The notes beneath the pieces are model-generated. The model saw nothing but the letters and a program-made list of their open reading frames with translations. It was not told where the DNA came from and did no database searches. The position numbers were made by a program, and so were the translations under genes. Below, piece after piece: positions 1 to 8,998 of a stretch of 64,000 nucleotides of DNA (position 1 is the stretch's first letter; every line of letters begins with the position of its first letter). The DNA comes from an uncultured Parcubacteria group bacterium (lineage in GTDB: Bacteria > Patescibacteriota > Patescibacteriia > UBA9934 > CAMTUG01), in NCBI GenBank assembly GCA_947084965.1, contig CAMTUG010000001.1:276206-340205 (forward strand), read 5' to 3'.

Positions 1-907
1 AAAGATCAAGAAGCACGCCTTTCACCTGTTGATCTTTTCGATCCTTCTCCTGATCCTAGTTTTTATCCCAGGGATCGGATCGAGCTTTGGAACTTCGCAT
101 AGCTGGATTACGCTTGGCGGACTGTTTTCGATTCAGCCGGCCGAGATCGTCAAGCTGACCTTTTTGTTTTATCTCGCGGCCTGGCTGGAAAAGCGCGGCG
201 GGGTTGTCAAAGATCTGGATGGACTGATGCCGTTTCTGATCGCCCTTGGATCGGTGCTTTTTCTGATCGCCCTTCAGCCAGATACCGGCACCATGGCGGT
301 GATCGCGGGGATGTCGTTCATCGTCTACTTTGTCGCCGGCGCTCCGATTCTTCATTTGGCTGGACTTGGAGGGATTGGGGCGGTCTTTTTGCTCATCCTC
401 ATTAAATCATCGACCTATCGCGCCGAACGATTCATGGCTTTTTTACACCCCGAGCTTGATCCCCAGGGGATCGGGTATCATATTAACCAGGCACTTCTGG
501 CGATTGGCTCTGGTGGGTTATTCGGTTTGGGCTACGGCTTGTCGCGTCAAAAGTTCGAGTACCTGCCGGAAGTCGTCGGAGACTCGATCTTTGCAGTGAT
601 CGCTGAAGAGATGGGATTCGTGATCGCCGCCGGTTTGGTCGTTCTCTTCGTCGCCTTTTTGTGGCGCGGCATGAAAATCGCCAAAGCAGCGCCCGACGCT
701 TTTGGGAAATATTTGGTCGTCGGGGTTGTTTCGTGGATTACGATTCAGGCCTTTGTGAACATCGGTTCGATGACCTCGATCATGCCGATGACCGGAGTGA
801 CGCTGCCATTCGTCAGCTACGGCGGAACGTCGCTCGTAGTGTGTATGTCGGCGGTCGGGGTGGTGCTTAGTGTGTCACGTGGAAACTATGGGAATGCAAA
901 ATCCTAA
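1..907 (+). CDS. ftsW: FtsW/RodA (SEDS) family cell-division/elongation protein, 5'-truncated by the window edge
   Basis: Reading frame is open from position 2. C-terminal SEDS-like motifs are present (GYHINQALLAIGSGGLFGLGYGLS, PEVVGDSIFAVIAEE). It sits immediately upstream of murG, as in dcw clusters. Confidence 0.75.
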   Translation, partial: KIKKHAFHLLIFSILLLILVFIPGIGSSFGTSHSWITLGGLFSIQPAEIVKLTFLFYLAAWLEKRGGVVKDLDGLMPFLIALGSVLFLIALQPDTGTMAVIAGMSFIVYFVAGAPILHLAGLGGIGAVFLLILIKSSTYRAERFMAFLHPELDPQGIGYHINQALLAIGSGGLFGLGYGLSRQKFEYLPEVVGDSIFAVIAEEMGFVIAAGLVVLFVAFLWRGMKIAKAAPDAFGKYLVVGVVSWITIQAFVNIGSMTSIMPMTGVTLPFVSYGGTSLVVCMSAVGVVLSVSRGNYGNAKS

Positions 908-1018
908 ATACGAAACACGAAACACGAAACAATCGGAAAGTTCGAATAGGAAATGTTTGAATATTTTTGATTTACGATTTGATTTTGTTTCGTATTTCGT
1001 ATTTCGTATTTCGTATTT
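908..1018. repeat. Intergenic inverted array of heptamer repeats (ACGAAAC x3 ... TCGTATT x4) forming a long imperfect hairpin between ftsW stop and murG start
   Basis: Seen directly: aaatacgaaacacgaaacacgaaacaatcggaaag ... gttttgtttcgtatttcgtatttcgtatttcgtattt. It is related to the element at 6425-6545. Confidence 0.7.
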
Positions 1019-2098
1019 ATGAAAGTCATGCTCACAGGCGGAGGAACGCTCGGTCCGGTGACGCCGCTTTTGGCGATCGCCGAAGTCTGGCGTCGGGAAG
1101 ATATCCGTGCGGAGTTTGTCTGGATCGGCACACCTGGCGGACCGGAACGGAGCGTTGTCGAAGCGGCCGGGATCCCATTTCATCCTTTGTTTGTTCCTAA
1201 GCTTGATCGTTATGCTCCCGGGAAGTGGGTGTTCATTCCCTTTCGGTTGCTTTGGTCGATGAAGATGGCCCTGCACCTGATTCAACGCGAGCGGCCGGAT
1301 GTGGTGGTGACGGCTGGGGGGTATGTCAGCGTTCCGCTCCTGTGGGCCGCCAAGCTGTACGGCATCCCAACCTGGGTGCATCAGCAAGATGTGCGCGCCG
1401 GACTTGCCAATAAACTCATGGCGCCGTTTGCGACCAAGATTTCCGTCGCTTGGACGCGGTCGCTGCACGCGTTTGATGAGAAAAAGACGATCCATATCGG
1501 GAATCCGGTACGGGATTCTGTTTTGCACGGATCGCAGCAACGCGGGGCGGAGCGATTCGGATTTGATCTGTCGCGTCCAACGGTTCTGGTTTTTGGTGGT
1601 GGCACGGGCGCGGCCTGGATCAATCACGCGATCGCTCAGGTCGTTCCTGAATTGTGTATGACCGCGAATGTTCTGCATATCACCGGGCGAGGGAAGTTGA
1701 CGTCGGTCGAGCCTCGACCAAACTATCAGGCCGTAGAGTTACTCACGACCGAGATGCCGGATGCGCTCGCTCTCGCCGATCTGGTCGTCTGTCGTGCTGG
1801 CATGGCCACGATTTCCGAACTTGCCGCATTAGCCAAACCGGCGATGGTGATTCCGATCCCAGATTCGCACCAAGAAGATAACACCGCCGCCCTAGAAGAA
1901 CTCAGTGCTGCGGTGATTGTTCACCAGGCGCAGACAACGCCGCAGATGCTCTTGCAGCACATCCTTGGTTTTCTTGAGAATCCAGAAGAACGACGTAAGC
2001 TCGGTGCGCGACTGCACGCCGCGTTACCAACCACGGACGTTGCCCTCAAACTGGCGCATCATTTGGAAGCTATGGTAAAACAAGGATCCTCCCGCTAA
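1019..2098 (+). CDS. murG: UDP-N-acetylglucosamine--N-acetylmuramyl-(pentapeptide) pyrophosphoryl-undecaprenol GlcNAc transferase MurG
   Basis: N-terminus MKVMLTGGGTLGPVTPLLAIAE, GT28 architecture, 359 aa, adjacent to ftsW. Confidence 0.85.
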   Translation: MKVMLTGGGTLGPVTPLLAIAEVWRREDIRAEFVWIGTPGGPERSVVEAAGIPFHPLFVPKLDRYAPGKWVFIPFRLLWSMKMALHLIQRERPDVVVTAGGYVSVPLLWAAKLYGIPTWVHQQDVRAGLANKLMAPFATKISVAWTRSLHAFDEKKTIHIGNPVRDSVLHGSQQRGAERFGFDLSRPTVLVFGGGTGAAWINHAIAQVVPELCMTANVLHITGRGKLTSVEPRPNYQAVELLTTEMPDALALADLVVCRAGMATISELAALAKPAMVIPIPDSHQEDNTAALEELSAAVIVHQAQTTPQMLLQHILGFLENPEERRKLGARLHAALPTTDVALKLAHHLEAMVKQGSSR

Positions 2099-2154
2099 CC
2101 AGAAAAGCTCCCCATAAACATGAGAAGCTTTTCTGGTGCGCTGGGCGGGGATCG
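2092..2154. repeat. Copy 1 of a 63-nt direct repeat: murG 3' end, a bidirectional terminator hairpin and the last 21 nt of tRNA-Lys
   Basis: Identical 63-mer at 2092-2154 and 2266-2328: ccgctaaccagaaaagctccccataaacatgagaagcttttctggtgcgctgggcggggatcg. The hairpin is ccagaaaagct...agcttttctgg. Confidence 0.8.
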
Positions 2155-2307
2155 TCCGTCGTGAGCCTCCCCATAGGGGCTTCCGCCCCTCTGGTCGTCG
2201 CTTCGCTCCTGTCACCCCCGGCATGTAAGGGGAGTGCCTCCCCTTACCATCCCCTCGTCCGATCCCCGCTAACCAGAAAAGCTCCCCATAAACATGAGAA
2301 GCTTTTC

Positions 2308-2383
2308 TGGTGCGCTGGGCGGGGATCGGACCCGCGACCTTGGGCTTAAAAGGCCCCTGCTCTACCACTGAGCTACCAGCGCA
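2308..2383 (-). tRNA. tRNA-Lys (anticodon TTT), CCA encoded
   Basis: The reverse complement folds as a cloverleaf: acceptor GCGCTGG/CCAGCGC, D-arm GCTCAGTGGTAGAGC, anticodon loop CTTTTAA, T-arm GCGGG-TCCGATC-CCCGC, discriminator A plus CCA. Confidence 0.8.
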
Positions 2384-2433
2384 TGCGCCCGAGATTATCA
2401 GAAAATAATGTGATTGGCAAGTGAAAGACCTCT

Positions 2434-3114
2434 ATGGGACTCAAGCATTTAGCAATGATCCTGGACGGCAACCGTCGGTGGGCAAAATCTAAGGGCTTAC
2501 CGACGCTCGAAGGCCATCGCCGCGGGTACGATAATGTGAAGACGATCGGGCTCGCTGCCCTCGAACGTGGGGTTGAGCAGTTCACTGTTTTTGCCTTTTC
2601 CACGGAAAACTGGAAGCGCTCCGAAGAGGAGGTTGGTTATTTGATGGATCTGTTGCACCACGCCCTCACGGCCGAAGTTGATTTTTACATGAAGCACAAC
2701 GTGCGCTTACGCGTGGTCGGTCGGCGCGAAGGATTGTCGGAAAAGATGATCACGGCGATTGGTGCGGCAGAGGCAAAGACGGCAGGGAACACGGCAGGAC
2801 AGATCAATTTGTGTATCAATTACGGCGGGCGGCCAGAGATCGTCGATGCGGTCAAGGCGCTCGTGGCCGACGGGGTTAAGCCAGAGGACGTGACCGAGGA
2901 TTTGCTCGCTTCGAAGATGTGGATGGCCGGGATCCCGGACCCTGATCTGATCGTGCGTACTTCGGGTGAACAGCGTCTGTCTGGGTTTCTCACGTGGTCA
3001 GGGGTGTACAGCGAACTATTATTTGTAGATAAACACTGGCCGGATTTTTCCGTTGAAGATTTAGATGCTGCGCTTGCCGAGTTTGATCAGCGTGGACGAA
3101 GGTTTGGCAAGTAA
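2434..3114 (+). CDS. uppS: Isoprenyl transferase (undecaprenyl diphosphate synthase)
   Basis: MGLKHLAMILDGNRRWAKSKGLPTLEGHRRGY; length 226 aa, typical of cis-prenyltransferases. Confidence 0.85.
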   Translation: MGLKHLAMILDGNRRWAKSKGLPTLEGHRRGYDNVKTIGLAALERGVEQFTVFAFSTENWKRSEEEVGYLMDLLHHALTAEVDFYMKHNVRLRVVGRREGLSEKMITAIGAAEAKTAGNTAGQINLCINYGGRPEIVDAVKALVADGVKPEDVTEDLLASKMWMAGIPDPDLIVRTSGEQRLSGFLTWSGVYSELLFVDKHWPDFSVEDLDAALAEFDQRGRRFGK

Positions 3115-3119
3115 GGGGA

Positions 3120-3151
3120 CTTGTCAGTGCCAGTTGCTTTTGATACGTTCC
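3120..3151 (+). promoter_or_regulatory. Putative sigma70 promoter of the GC-rich cassette gene (TTGTCA-17-TACGTT)
   Basis: Hexamers read directly upstream of an AAGGAG SD and the ATG at 3172. Confidence 0.35.
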
Positions 3152-3171
3152 TGCCGTCCCAAAGGAGTCCC

Positions 3172-3741
3172 ATGCCCCCTCGTTCTTCCGCCCCCGCCGG
3201 TCTCTCCTGCTCCTTCTGCACCAAGGCCGCCAACACCCCTGAGGTGAAGAAGGTCATCGCCGGCGTAAACGTCTACATCTGTGACGTCTGCGTCAAGGGG
3301 ATGGTCGCGCTCGTCGTTGTCCAACGTCCGGCTGACGCATCCTACCTCCTGCGTCGGCCCGAGCTCGATCTGCGCACCTTCACCATGACCGTCACGGGGT
3401 CGACGACGCTCGGTGACGTGCTCGGCTGGTACCTGCGTGTCTACCGTACGTTCCCTCACCTCCCCAAGGAGACCGGGACGGTCATCACGAGTGCTGCCTG
3501 CCGATTCTGCAGCCGGGTCGACCAGGTCGTGATCAGCCGCCTCGCGGCCAACATCTGCCTCGACTGCCTGCGGGACGTCGCCAAGATCCTGCTCAAGGAC
3601 GACCCTGCGCCGTCCTACCTGGTGCGTGATGCGGTGCTCGACTTGTGCCCGTTCGCCACCCTCCGCCTCGACGTGGATGAGCCGCACACCATCGGCGATG
3701 TTCTCAACGCCTACACGACCGCATCTCCGCCGCTGAACTGA
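3172..3741 (+). CDS. Small protein with two ClpX-type C4 zinc-finger motifs and no AAA+ domain. Extreme GC3 codon usage unlike the backbone
   Basis: AAGGAG SD 5 nt upstream. Motifs LSCSFCTKAANTPEVKKVIAGVNVYICDVCV and CRFCSRVDQVVISRLAANICLDCL resemble the ClpX N-terminal zinc finger. Third codon positions are almost all G/C, whereas the antisense ORF (3124-3756) lacks that signature. Confidence 0.7.
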   Translation: MPPRSSAPAGLSCSFCTKAANTPEVKKVIAGVNVYICDVCVKGMVALVVVQRPADASYLLRRPELDLRTFTMTVTGSTTLGDVLGWYLRVYRTFPHLPKETGTVITSAACRFCSRVDQVVISRLAANICLDCLRDVAKILLKDDPAPSYLVRDAVLDLCPFATLRLDVDEPHTIGDVLNAYTTASPPLN

Positions 3742-3829
3742 TCTTCGGCAGCTCACCTCGGCCGCCGATCTATACGGAACGCCGCTCGGAATACTCCCGG
3801 GCGGCGTCTGAACTTAATTGAATTTCAAA

Positions 3830-3857
3830 CCGCGCTCGTCCAGGACGGAGAGCGCGG
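3830..3857. terminator. Bidirectional hairpin terminator between convergent genes
   Basis: ccgcgctc-gtccaggacgga-gagcgcgg, followed by atttgatt. Confidence 0.6.
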
Positions 3858-3863
3858 ATTTGA

Positions 3864-5048
3864 TTACGGTCGTTCCTTGGGGCGGAGGAAGTAGAGGACG
3901 ATCGCGAGAATGACGAGCAGTCCGCCGGAAGCGAGCCAGACGTCAGCGATGTTCGCCGGCGTGTCCTCGCGGCCGGACATGTAGAAGGCGAGTGAGAAGA
4001 GGACGATCGCGGCGCCGATCTCTTCCATCAGCGACTGCAACGATCCGAACGTCGAGCGGTATTCGCTCGTAACGTGGTGGTTGGTGTAGCTGTCGAGGAG
4101 CGGTCGGAACGCCCCGCGGCCGACTTCGTGCACCACGCCCATCACGAGGACCAGTCCAAGCCCAGGAACTTGCCCGATGAGCGCCAGGCCAACCCCAGCG
4201 ACGACGAGGGCGATCATCACGGCTTTGGCTTCGGCCCCTGAAGCGATCTTCGCTTTGCGAATGATCATCCCGGCGATGAAGAGCGCCAGATAGAGCGGGC
4301 TCCAGATCAGTCCGAGCTGGCTGGTGGCCACAAACTGCTCGAAGTACTTCGGCCAGTAGTGGTTGAACGCCACGACCAGACCGCTCACCATCCCTACCGC
4401 CACGGCCCAGCGCAGCGCCGAGCTGTTGCGCAGGGCATTGACGCTCCGCTTGAGCGCCTCTTTCTCGCTGACCTTTTCGTGGGCCAGTACTTCGCCGTCG
4501 CCGTTCATGTAGCGGGTGACGACAAAGAGTCCGACGAGAGCAAAGAACGCACTAGCGATCCACGGCCACCGAAGGCCGAAGGTCGATCCGATCCACGAGC
4601 CAAAGATCGCCGCCGGTGCGGCCAGCAATCCTTTGACGATCGCGGCGTTGGCGAACGTCTGCCCCTTTTCGTTTTCGCGATTGTGCAACTTCAAGGCGTC
4701 GACGATCCAGGCCTGCTGAATCCCCGAGAGGAAGGTGAAGGCCAAACCGTTGACCACTTCGGCCGCCAGCGCCCACCAGACGTTCTCTGCCAGGAAGTAG
4801 ATCGCGTTGCCCAGAGCGAAGATCAGGAAGCCGATGCGCAAGGACCAGGCGCGGGAGCGGGCGTCGGCCCACATCCCGGTCGGGACTTCGAAGAGGATGA
4901 TCGCCACCCAGAACCAACCGTTGACCATCGAAACCTGGCTCAAGGTGAGCCCGATCGAGGTGAGGAACGGAACGTAGGTCGCCGTGGTGACCATGAACAT
5001 CAGGCCCAGGGCGGCGGAGAAGAGGATGTAGGCGCGGGAAGGGGACAT
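3864..5048 (-). CDS. MFS-type transporter (12 predicted TM helices), GC-elevated
   Basis: Hydrophobic helices throughout, GGAGG SD upstream, ~60% GC with a high-GC3 5' half. Confidence 0.65.
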   Translation of the reverse strand: MSPSRAYILFSAALGLMFMVTTATYVPFLTSIGLTLSQVSMVNGWFWVAIILFEVPTGMWADARSRAWSLRIGFLIFALGNAIYFLAENVWWALAAEVVNGLAFTFLSGIQQAWIVDALKLHNRENEKGQTFANAAIVKGLLAAPAAIFGSWIGSTFGLRWPWIASAFFALVGLFVVTRYMNGDGEVLAHEKVSEKEALKRSVNALRNSSALRWAVAVGMVSGLVVAFNHYWPKYFEQFVATSQLGLIWSPLYLALFIAGMIIRKAKIASGAEAKAVMIALVVAGVGLALIGQVPGLGLVLVMGVVHEVGRGAFRPLLDSYTNHHVTSEYRSTFGSLQSLMEEIGAAIVLFSLAFYMSGREDTPANIADVWLASGGLLVILAIVLYFLRPKERP

Positions 5049-5311
5049 AGAGCCTCCGGAGAGTCAAAAAAAGAACACGACCCGGGATGATTCCCAGGTC
5101 GTGCGAGGACTCATTATGCAAAAAATCATGCAATCAGTGCTCGACCACCTGAGAAATACAACGCTTTCGGCATATCGCAGCCGACGAACGCGCGTCCGGT
5201 AATGTGGAGAGACTGATAATTCATACTGTTTTTAGTAGACAGGACTTTGTGAGTGATGTCAAGTGACGGAGTCTATATAAAAGCCAGCGGTTACGGTAAA
5301 CTGTCCCCAGT

Positions 5312-6424
5312 ATGAAAATCGCCTTTATTGGGCAGAAAGCAATGGGAGTTGGAGGGCGAGGGGGTGGCATTGAACGGCATGTGACCGAAATTGCTACGCG
5401 GTTGGTTCGGCGCGGGCACGAAGTAACGGTCTATGCACGCAAGCTGTACATGCCAGACAAGGTGCGTGAATTTCGTGGGGTGAGGATTGTGTATGTGCCG
5501 ACGATCTACACCAAAAATTTTGAAGCGATCATTCACACATTTTTTTCAACGCTCCACGCCCTGTTTAAAAATTTTGATGTCTATCACTATCACGGCGTCG
5601 GTCCGGCAACGCTTGCTTGGATGCCGCGGCTTTTTCGTCCTCACGCTCGGGTGGTCGTCACCTTTCATTCGCAAGATCGTTTTCACAAAAAGTGGGGATG
5701 GTTCGCACGGAACTATCTGCACTTCGGCGAATGGGCCAGTGTCTGGTTTCCGCACGCTTGCATCGCGGTGTCTCATGTGATTCAGGTTTATGCGCGTAAT
5801 GTGTATAAACGCCAGGTGATTTACATTCCAAACGGTGCAGATGTGCAGAGCGTTTCGTCTGATCGTGAACTGGAAACGTTCGGCCTGACCAAAGGCGAAT
5901 ACATCGTCAACGTTGGGCGCATCGTGCCGCAGAAAGGACTGCAGTATCTCCTTGCGGCGTATCAAAAACTCGAGACGCAGAAAAAGCTTGTGATTGTCGG
6001 GACTCCAAGTTTTTCTGAACGCTACGCCGATGAATTAAAACGGATGGCGGCAGGAAATCCGAACATCCTTTTTGTTGGACATCAAGTTGGGGAAGCATTG
6101 CGACAGCTTTACGGCCATGCGTATCTTTTCGTGCAGCCGTCTGAATCAGAAGGCCTTTCGATCGTCGTGTTAGAAGCGATGAGCTACGGCCTTGCTCCTT
6201 TGGTTAGCGACATCCCGGAAAATCTTGAAGCGATTAAGAATACGGGATTCACCTTTAGTAATCGTGACGCGGATGATTTAGCGATGCGGTTGCGACAGCT
6301 CCTGCAGCATCCTGAATTGGTTGTTGAGATGGGCGTCAAGGCGCGCGAGCTGGTGCGCACCGATTTTAATTGGGATGTTATTGCGGATCGCACGGAAGGG
6401 ATTTATGTTTCGATTCGGCATTAG
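5312..6424 (+). CDS. Glycosyltransferase family 4 (GT4/GT-B)
   Basis: N-terminus MKIAFIGQKAMGVGGRGGGIERHVTEIATRLVRRGHEV, plus an E-x7-E-like C-terminal region. Confidence 0.75.
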   Translation: MKIAFIGQKAMGVGGRGGGIERHVTEIATRLVRRGHEVTVYARKLYMPDKVREFRGVRIVYVPTIYTKNFEAIIHTFFSTLHALFKNFDVYHYHGVGPATLAWMPRLFRPHARVVVTFHSQDRFHKKWGWFARNYLHFGEWASVWFPHACIAVSHVIQVYARNVYKRQVIYIPNGADVQSVSSDRELETFGLTKGEYIVNVGRIVPQKGLQYLLAAYQKLETQKKLVIVGTPSFSERYADELKRMAAGNPNILFVGHQVGEALRQLYGHAYLFVQPSESEGLSIVVLEAMSYGLAPLVSDIPENLEAIKNTGFTFSNRDADDLAMRLRQLLQHPELVVEMGVKARELVRTDFNWDVIADRTEGIYVSIRH

Positions 6425-6545
6425 TATGAAAATACGAAATCCGGAAATCGAAATTCGAAACAAATCAGAATCGGAAAGGGAAAATTTCAAACCTTTCACT
6501 TTTTTCTCTTTTCCGATCGTTTCGAATTTCGATATTTGAATTTCG
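6425..6545. repeat. Intergenic inverted-repeat element with TTCGAA(A/T)-type units forming a long hairpin. Related to 908-1018
   Basis: aatcgaaattcgaaac ... gtttcgaatttcgat; tcggaaag ... cttttccga. It shares aatcggaaag and acgaaa units with the ftsW-murG element. Confidence 0.7.
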
Positions 6546-6550
6546 AATAT

Positions 6551-8998
6551 ATGAACAAGGAAGTCCTGTTAAAAAATGAGCTCCCCTCAACGCCTCCTCC
6601 GGGGTACGGCGTGTTAGTGCTGAATCAACTGAAGTCGCCCCTGGTTTATATTTTGCTCGTCGCGGCTGGGTTGTCGGTTGCCGTTCATGAATATTTTGAT
6701 GCCGGCGTTATCTTATTCGCGGTTTTATTGAATACATCGTTAGGGTTTTTACAAGAGTTTAAGGCTTCGCGAGCGCTCGATGCCTTAAAAGCACTGGTGC
6801 AACCGGAAGCTCGGGTCAAGCGAGATGGTAAGATCGTCACGATCGCGGCGCGTGATGTGGTTGTGGGCGACACGCTCGTGCTTGAGACGGGGGATCGTGT
6901 CGCTGCAGATGCAAGAGTTTCCGTCGCGGTTGAATTACAGGTCAACGAATCAACGCTGACCGGAGAATCGATGCCGGTCACCAAAGTTTTTGATGGAAAG
7001 GAACAGGTCTTCATGGGCACAACGATTGTGGCCGGGCGCGGAGAAGCCGTGGTGACAGAGATCGGGATCAATACGCGCCTTGGACAGACGGCGGAGCTGG
7101 TTGCATCGATGGAAGAAGAAGATACACCGCTGCAAACGGAACTTGGGCGACTGTCACAGACGTTGTCGATCGCGGTTTTGGTGATCGGGCTCGTAGTGAT
7201 CGTGATCGGGGTGTCCAAAGGGGGCGAGGTGATCGAGATGGTTACGCTCGCCGCCGCCCTCGCCGTGGCTGCGATTCCCGAAGGACTGCTCGTCGGGCTG
7301 ACCGTTATTTTAGCGATCGGCATGCAGCGGATGCTCAAAGCCAAGGCATTGACGCGGCGTCTCGTCGCGGCTGAAACGCTGGGGAGCGTCTCTGTTATTT
7401 GTACAGATAAAACAGGAACGATCACTAAAGGCGAAATGGAAGTGACCGTAATCGAATCCGAGGATCGAAAAAAAGCGCTCAGGGTTGCCGCGCTCTGCAA
7501 CAACGCCGAACTTGAAGGGATGCAGGTGCGTGGAACGATGACGGAAATGGCCTTACTTACCGCAGCCATGCATGAAGGGTTGGTCAAGGAAGCGCTCGAG
7601 GCAGATTATCCGCGTCTGGATGAACGACCGTTTTCTTCGTCCGCTAAGTTTATGGCGACGCTGCATCGTCACGGGAGTCATAACATGATTCTGTTAAAAG
7701 GGGCTCCAGAGGTCGTTGCCAGTTTTTGTTCGAAGGGAGGAGAGATTGTGTCGCATCATGCCCCGAAGATGACAGAAAAAGGATTGCGGGTGATCGCTTT
7801 GGCGATGAAAGAGGTAGGACAGACAACAACCACGCTGCGGGATGAAGATCTGCACGGGTTGACCTGCGTAGGATTGATCGGGCTCAGCGACCCGATTCGT
7901 CCTGAAGCAGCGCAAACGATCAAAGAAGCCAAGGTCGCCGGGGTGCGCACGATTATCATTACCGGAGATCATCCAAGGACGGCCCAAACGATCGCTGAAC
8001 AGGCGGGGTTTGGTCCAGAGAATAAGCGCGTGATCACAGGTGAGGAACTGGACGCCCTTTCTGAATCTGATTTTGCGCGGCGTCTTTCTTCGATCGATAT
8101 TTATGCCCGTGTGTTGCCGGCGCACAAAGTTCGTATCGTTCAGGCATGGCGTCACGCCGGGGCGTCTGTGGCCATGATCGGAGATGGGGTCAACGATGCG
8201 CCTGCCCTCAAAGCCGCCGACATCGGTGTCGCTTTGGGCAGTGGGACAGAGGTGGCCAAGCAGACAGGGGATATGGTTTTGCTCGATAATAATCTGTCGA
8301 CGTTGGTTCATGCGATCGCTCAGGGCCGAGTCATTTTTGACAACATCCGTAAGGTCGTTGCGTATCTGCTGACAGATAGCTTTACGGAACTGCTCCTGAT
8401 CATCGCCACGTTTCTCATCGGATTGCCGATCCCGATCTTTCCGGCGCAGATTTTGTGGATCAACTTGGTGACCGATGGATTTCCACACATGGCCCTGACG
8501 ATTGAAAAACCTGAACGCGGAATCATGAACGAACCGCCGCGGCCACGCACCGAGCGCGTCATAAACAAAGAGATGCGGGTCATTATTTCGCTCGTCGGTC
8601 TCACCACGGTCGTTCTGCTTCTCGGTCTGTATATCTACCTTCTTTCCACAGAGATGCCGATCGAAAAGATCCGCACGGTCATCTTCACGGCCCTCGGATT
8701 AAACTCGCTTCTGTACGTTCTTTCGATCCGGACCTTCCGTTCATCGATGTTCACCTCAAATCCGTTACAAAATCCTTGGCTCGTCGCATCGATGTTCGTT
8801 GGATTCCTCTTTTTGCTCGCCCCACTCGTGATCCCATCGTTCCGTACTCTGTTCGGTTTTGTGCCGCTGACCTTCCTAGAATTCGGGGCATTAGTTATGC
8901 TAGCCTTAGGACGCCAGCTCTTAACAGAAGCGATCAAGTTTTACTACCATTATGGAAAACGAAAAGAATCCCGAACCGGCATGGCTCTTTCAGCGTAA
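6551..8998 (+). CDS. P-type cation-transporting ATPase, type II Ca2+/Mg2+-like
   Basis: DKTGTIT phosphorylation motif, TGDHPRTA, GDGVNDAPALKAADIGVA, multiple TM segments. Start taken at ATG 6551; an in-frame TTG at 6536 is possible. Confidence 0.85.
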   Translation: MNKEVLLKNELPSTPPPGYGVLVLNQLKSPLVYILLVAAGLSVAVHEYFDAGVILFAVLLNTSLGFLQEFKASRALDALKALVQPEARVKRDGKIVTIAARDVVVGDTLVLETGDRVAADARVSVAVELQVNESTLTGESMPVTKVFDGKEQVFMGTTIVAGRGEAVVTEIGINTRLGQTAELVASMEEEDTPLQTELGRLSQTLSIAVLVIGLVVIVIGVSKGGEVIEMVTLAAALAVAAIPEGLLVGLTVILAIGMQRMLKAKALTRRLVAAETLGSVSVICTDKTGTITKGEMEVTVIESEDRKKALRVAALCNNAELEGMQVRGTMTEMALLTAAMHEGLVKEALEADYPRLDERPFSSSAKFMATLHRHGSHNMILLKGAPEVVASFCSKGGEIVSHHAPKMTEKGLRVIALAMKEVGQTTTTLRDEDLHGLTCVGLIGLSDPIRPEAAQTIKEAKVAGVRTIIITGDHPRTAQTIAEQAGFGPENKRVITGEELDALSESDFARRLSSIDIYARVLPAHKVRIVQAWRHAGASVAMIGDGVNDAPALKAADIGVALGSGTEVAKQTGDMVLLDNNLSTLVHAIAQGRVIFDNIRKVVAYLLTDSFTELLLIIATFLIGLPIPIFPAQILWINLVTDGFPHMALTIEKPERGIMNEPPRPRTERVINKEMRVIISLVGLTTVVLLLGLYIYLLSTEMPIEKIRTVIFTALGLNSLLYVLSIRTFRSSMFTSNPLQNPWLVASMFVGFLFLLAPLVIPSFRTLFGFVPLTFLEFGALVMLALGRQLLTEAIKFYYHYGKRKESRTGMALSA

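Noticed and set aside
908-1018. CRISPR array
   Set aside because: The repeat unit is only 7 nt, the copies are directly abutting with no spacers, and the two halves are inverted with respect to each other. This is not CRISPR architecture.
2024-2368. 114-aa minus-strand ORF spanning the murG terminator, the duplicated repeat and tRNA-Lys
   Set aside because: It is built from the two repeat copies (it contains the same peptide twice) and overlaps a tRNA gene, so it is an artefact of repeat-derived sequence.
3124-3756. 210-aa minus-strand ORF antisense to the ClpX-zinc-finger gene
   Set aside because: It is an Arg/Gly-rich translation typical of GC-rich antisense frames. It lacks the GC3 coding signature and an SD, whereas the + strand frame has both plus recognisable zinc-finger motifs.
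6685-7587. 300-aa Ser/Thr-rich minus-strand ORF inside the P-type ATPase gene
   Set aside because: It is antisense to a gene that has unmistakable P-type ATPase motifs, and its translation is low-complexity.
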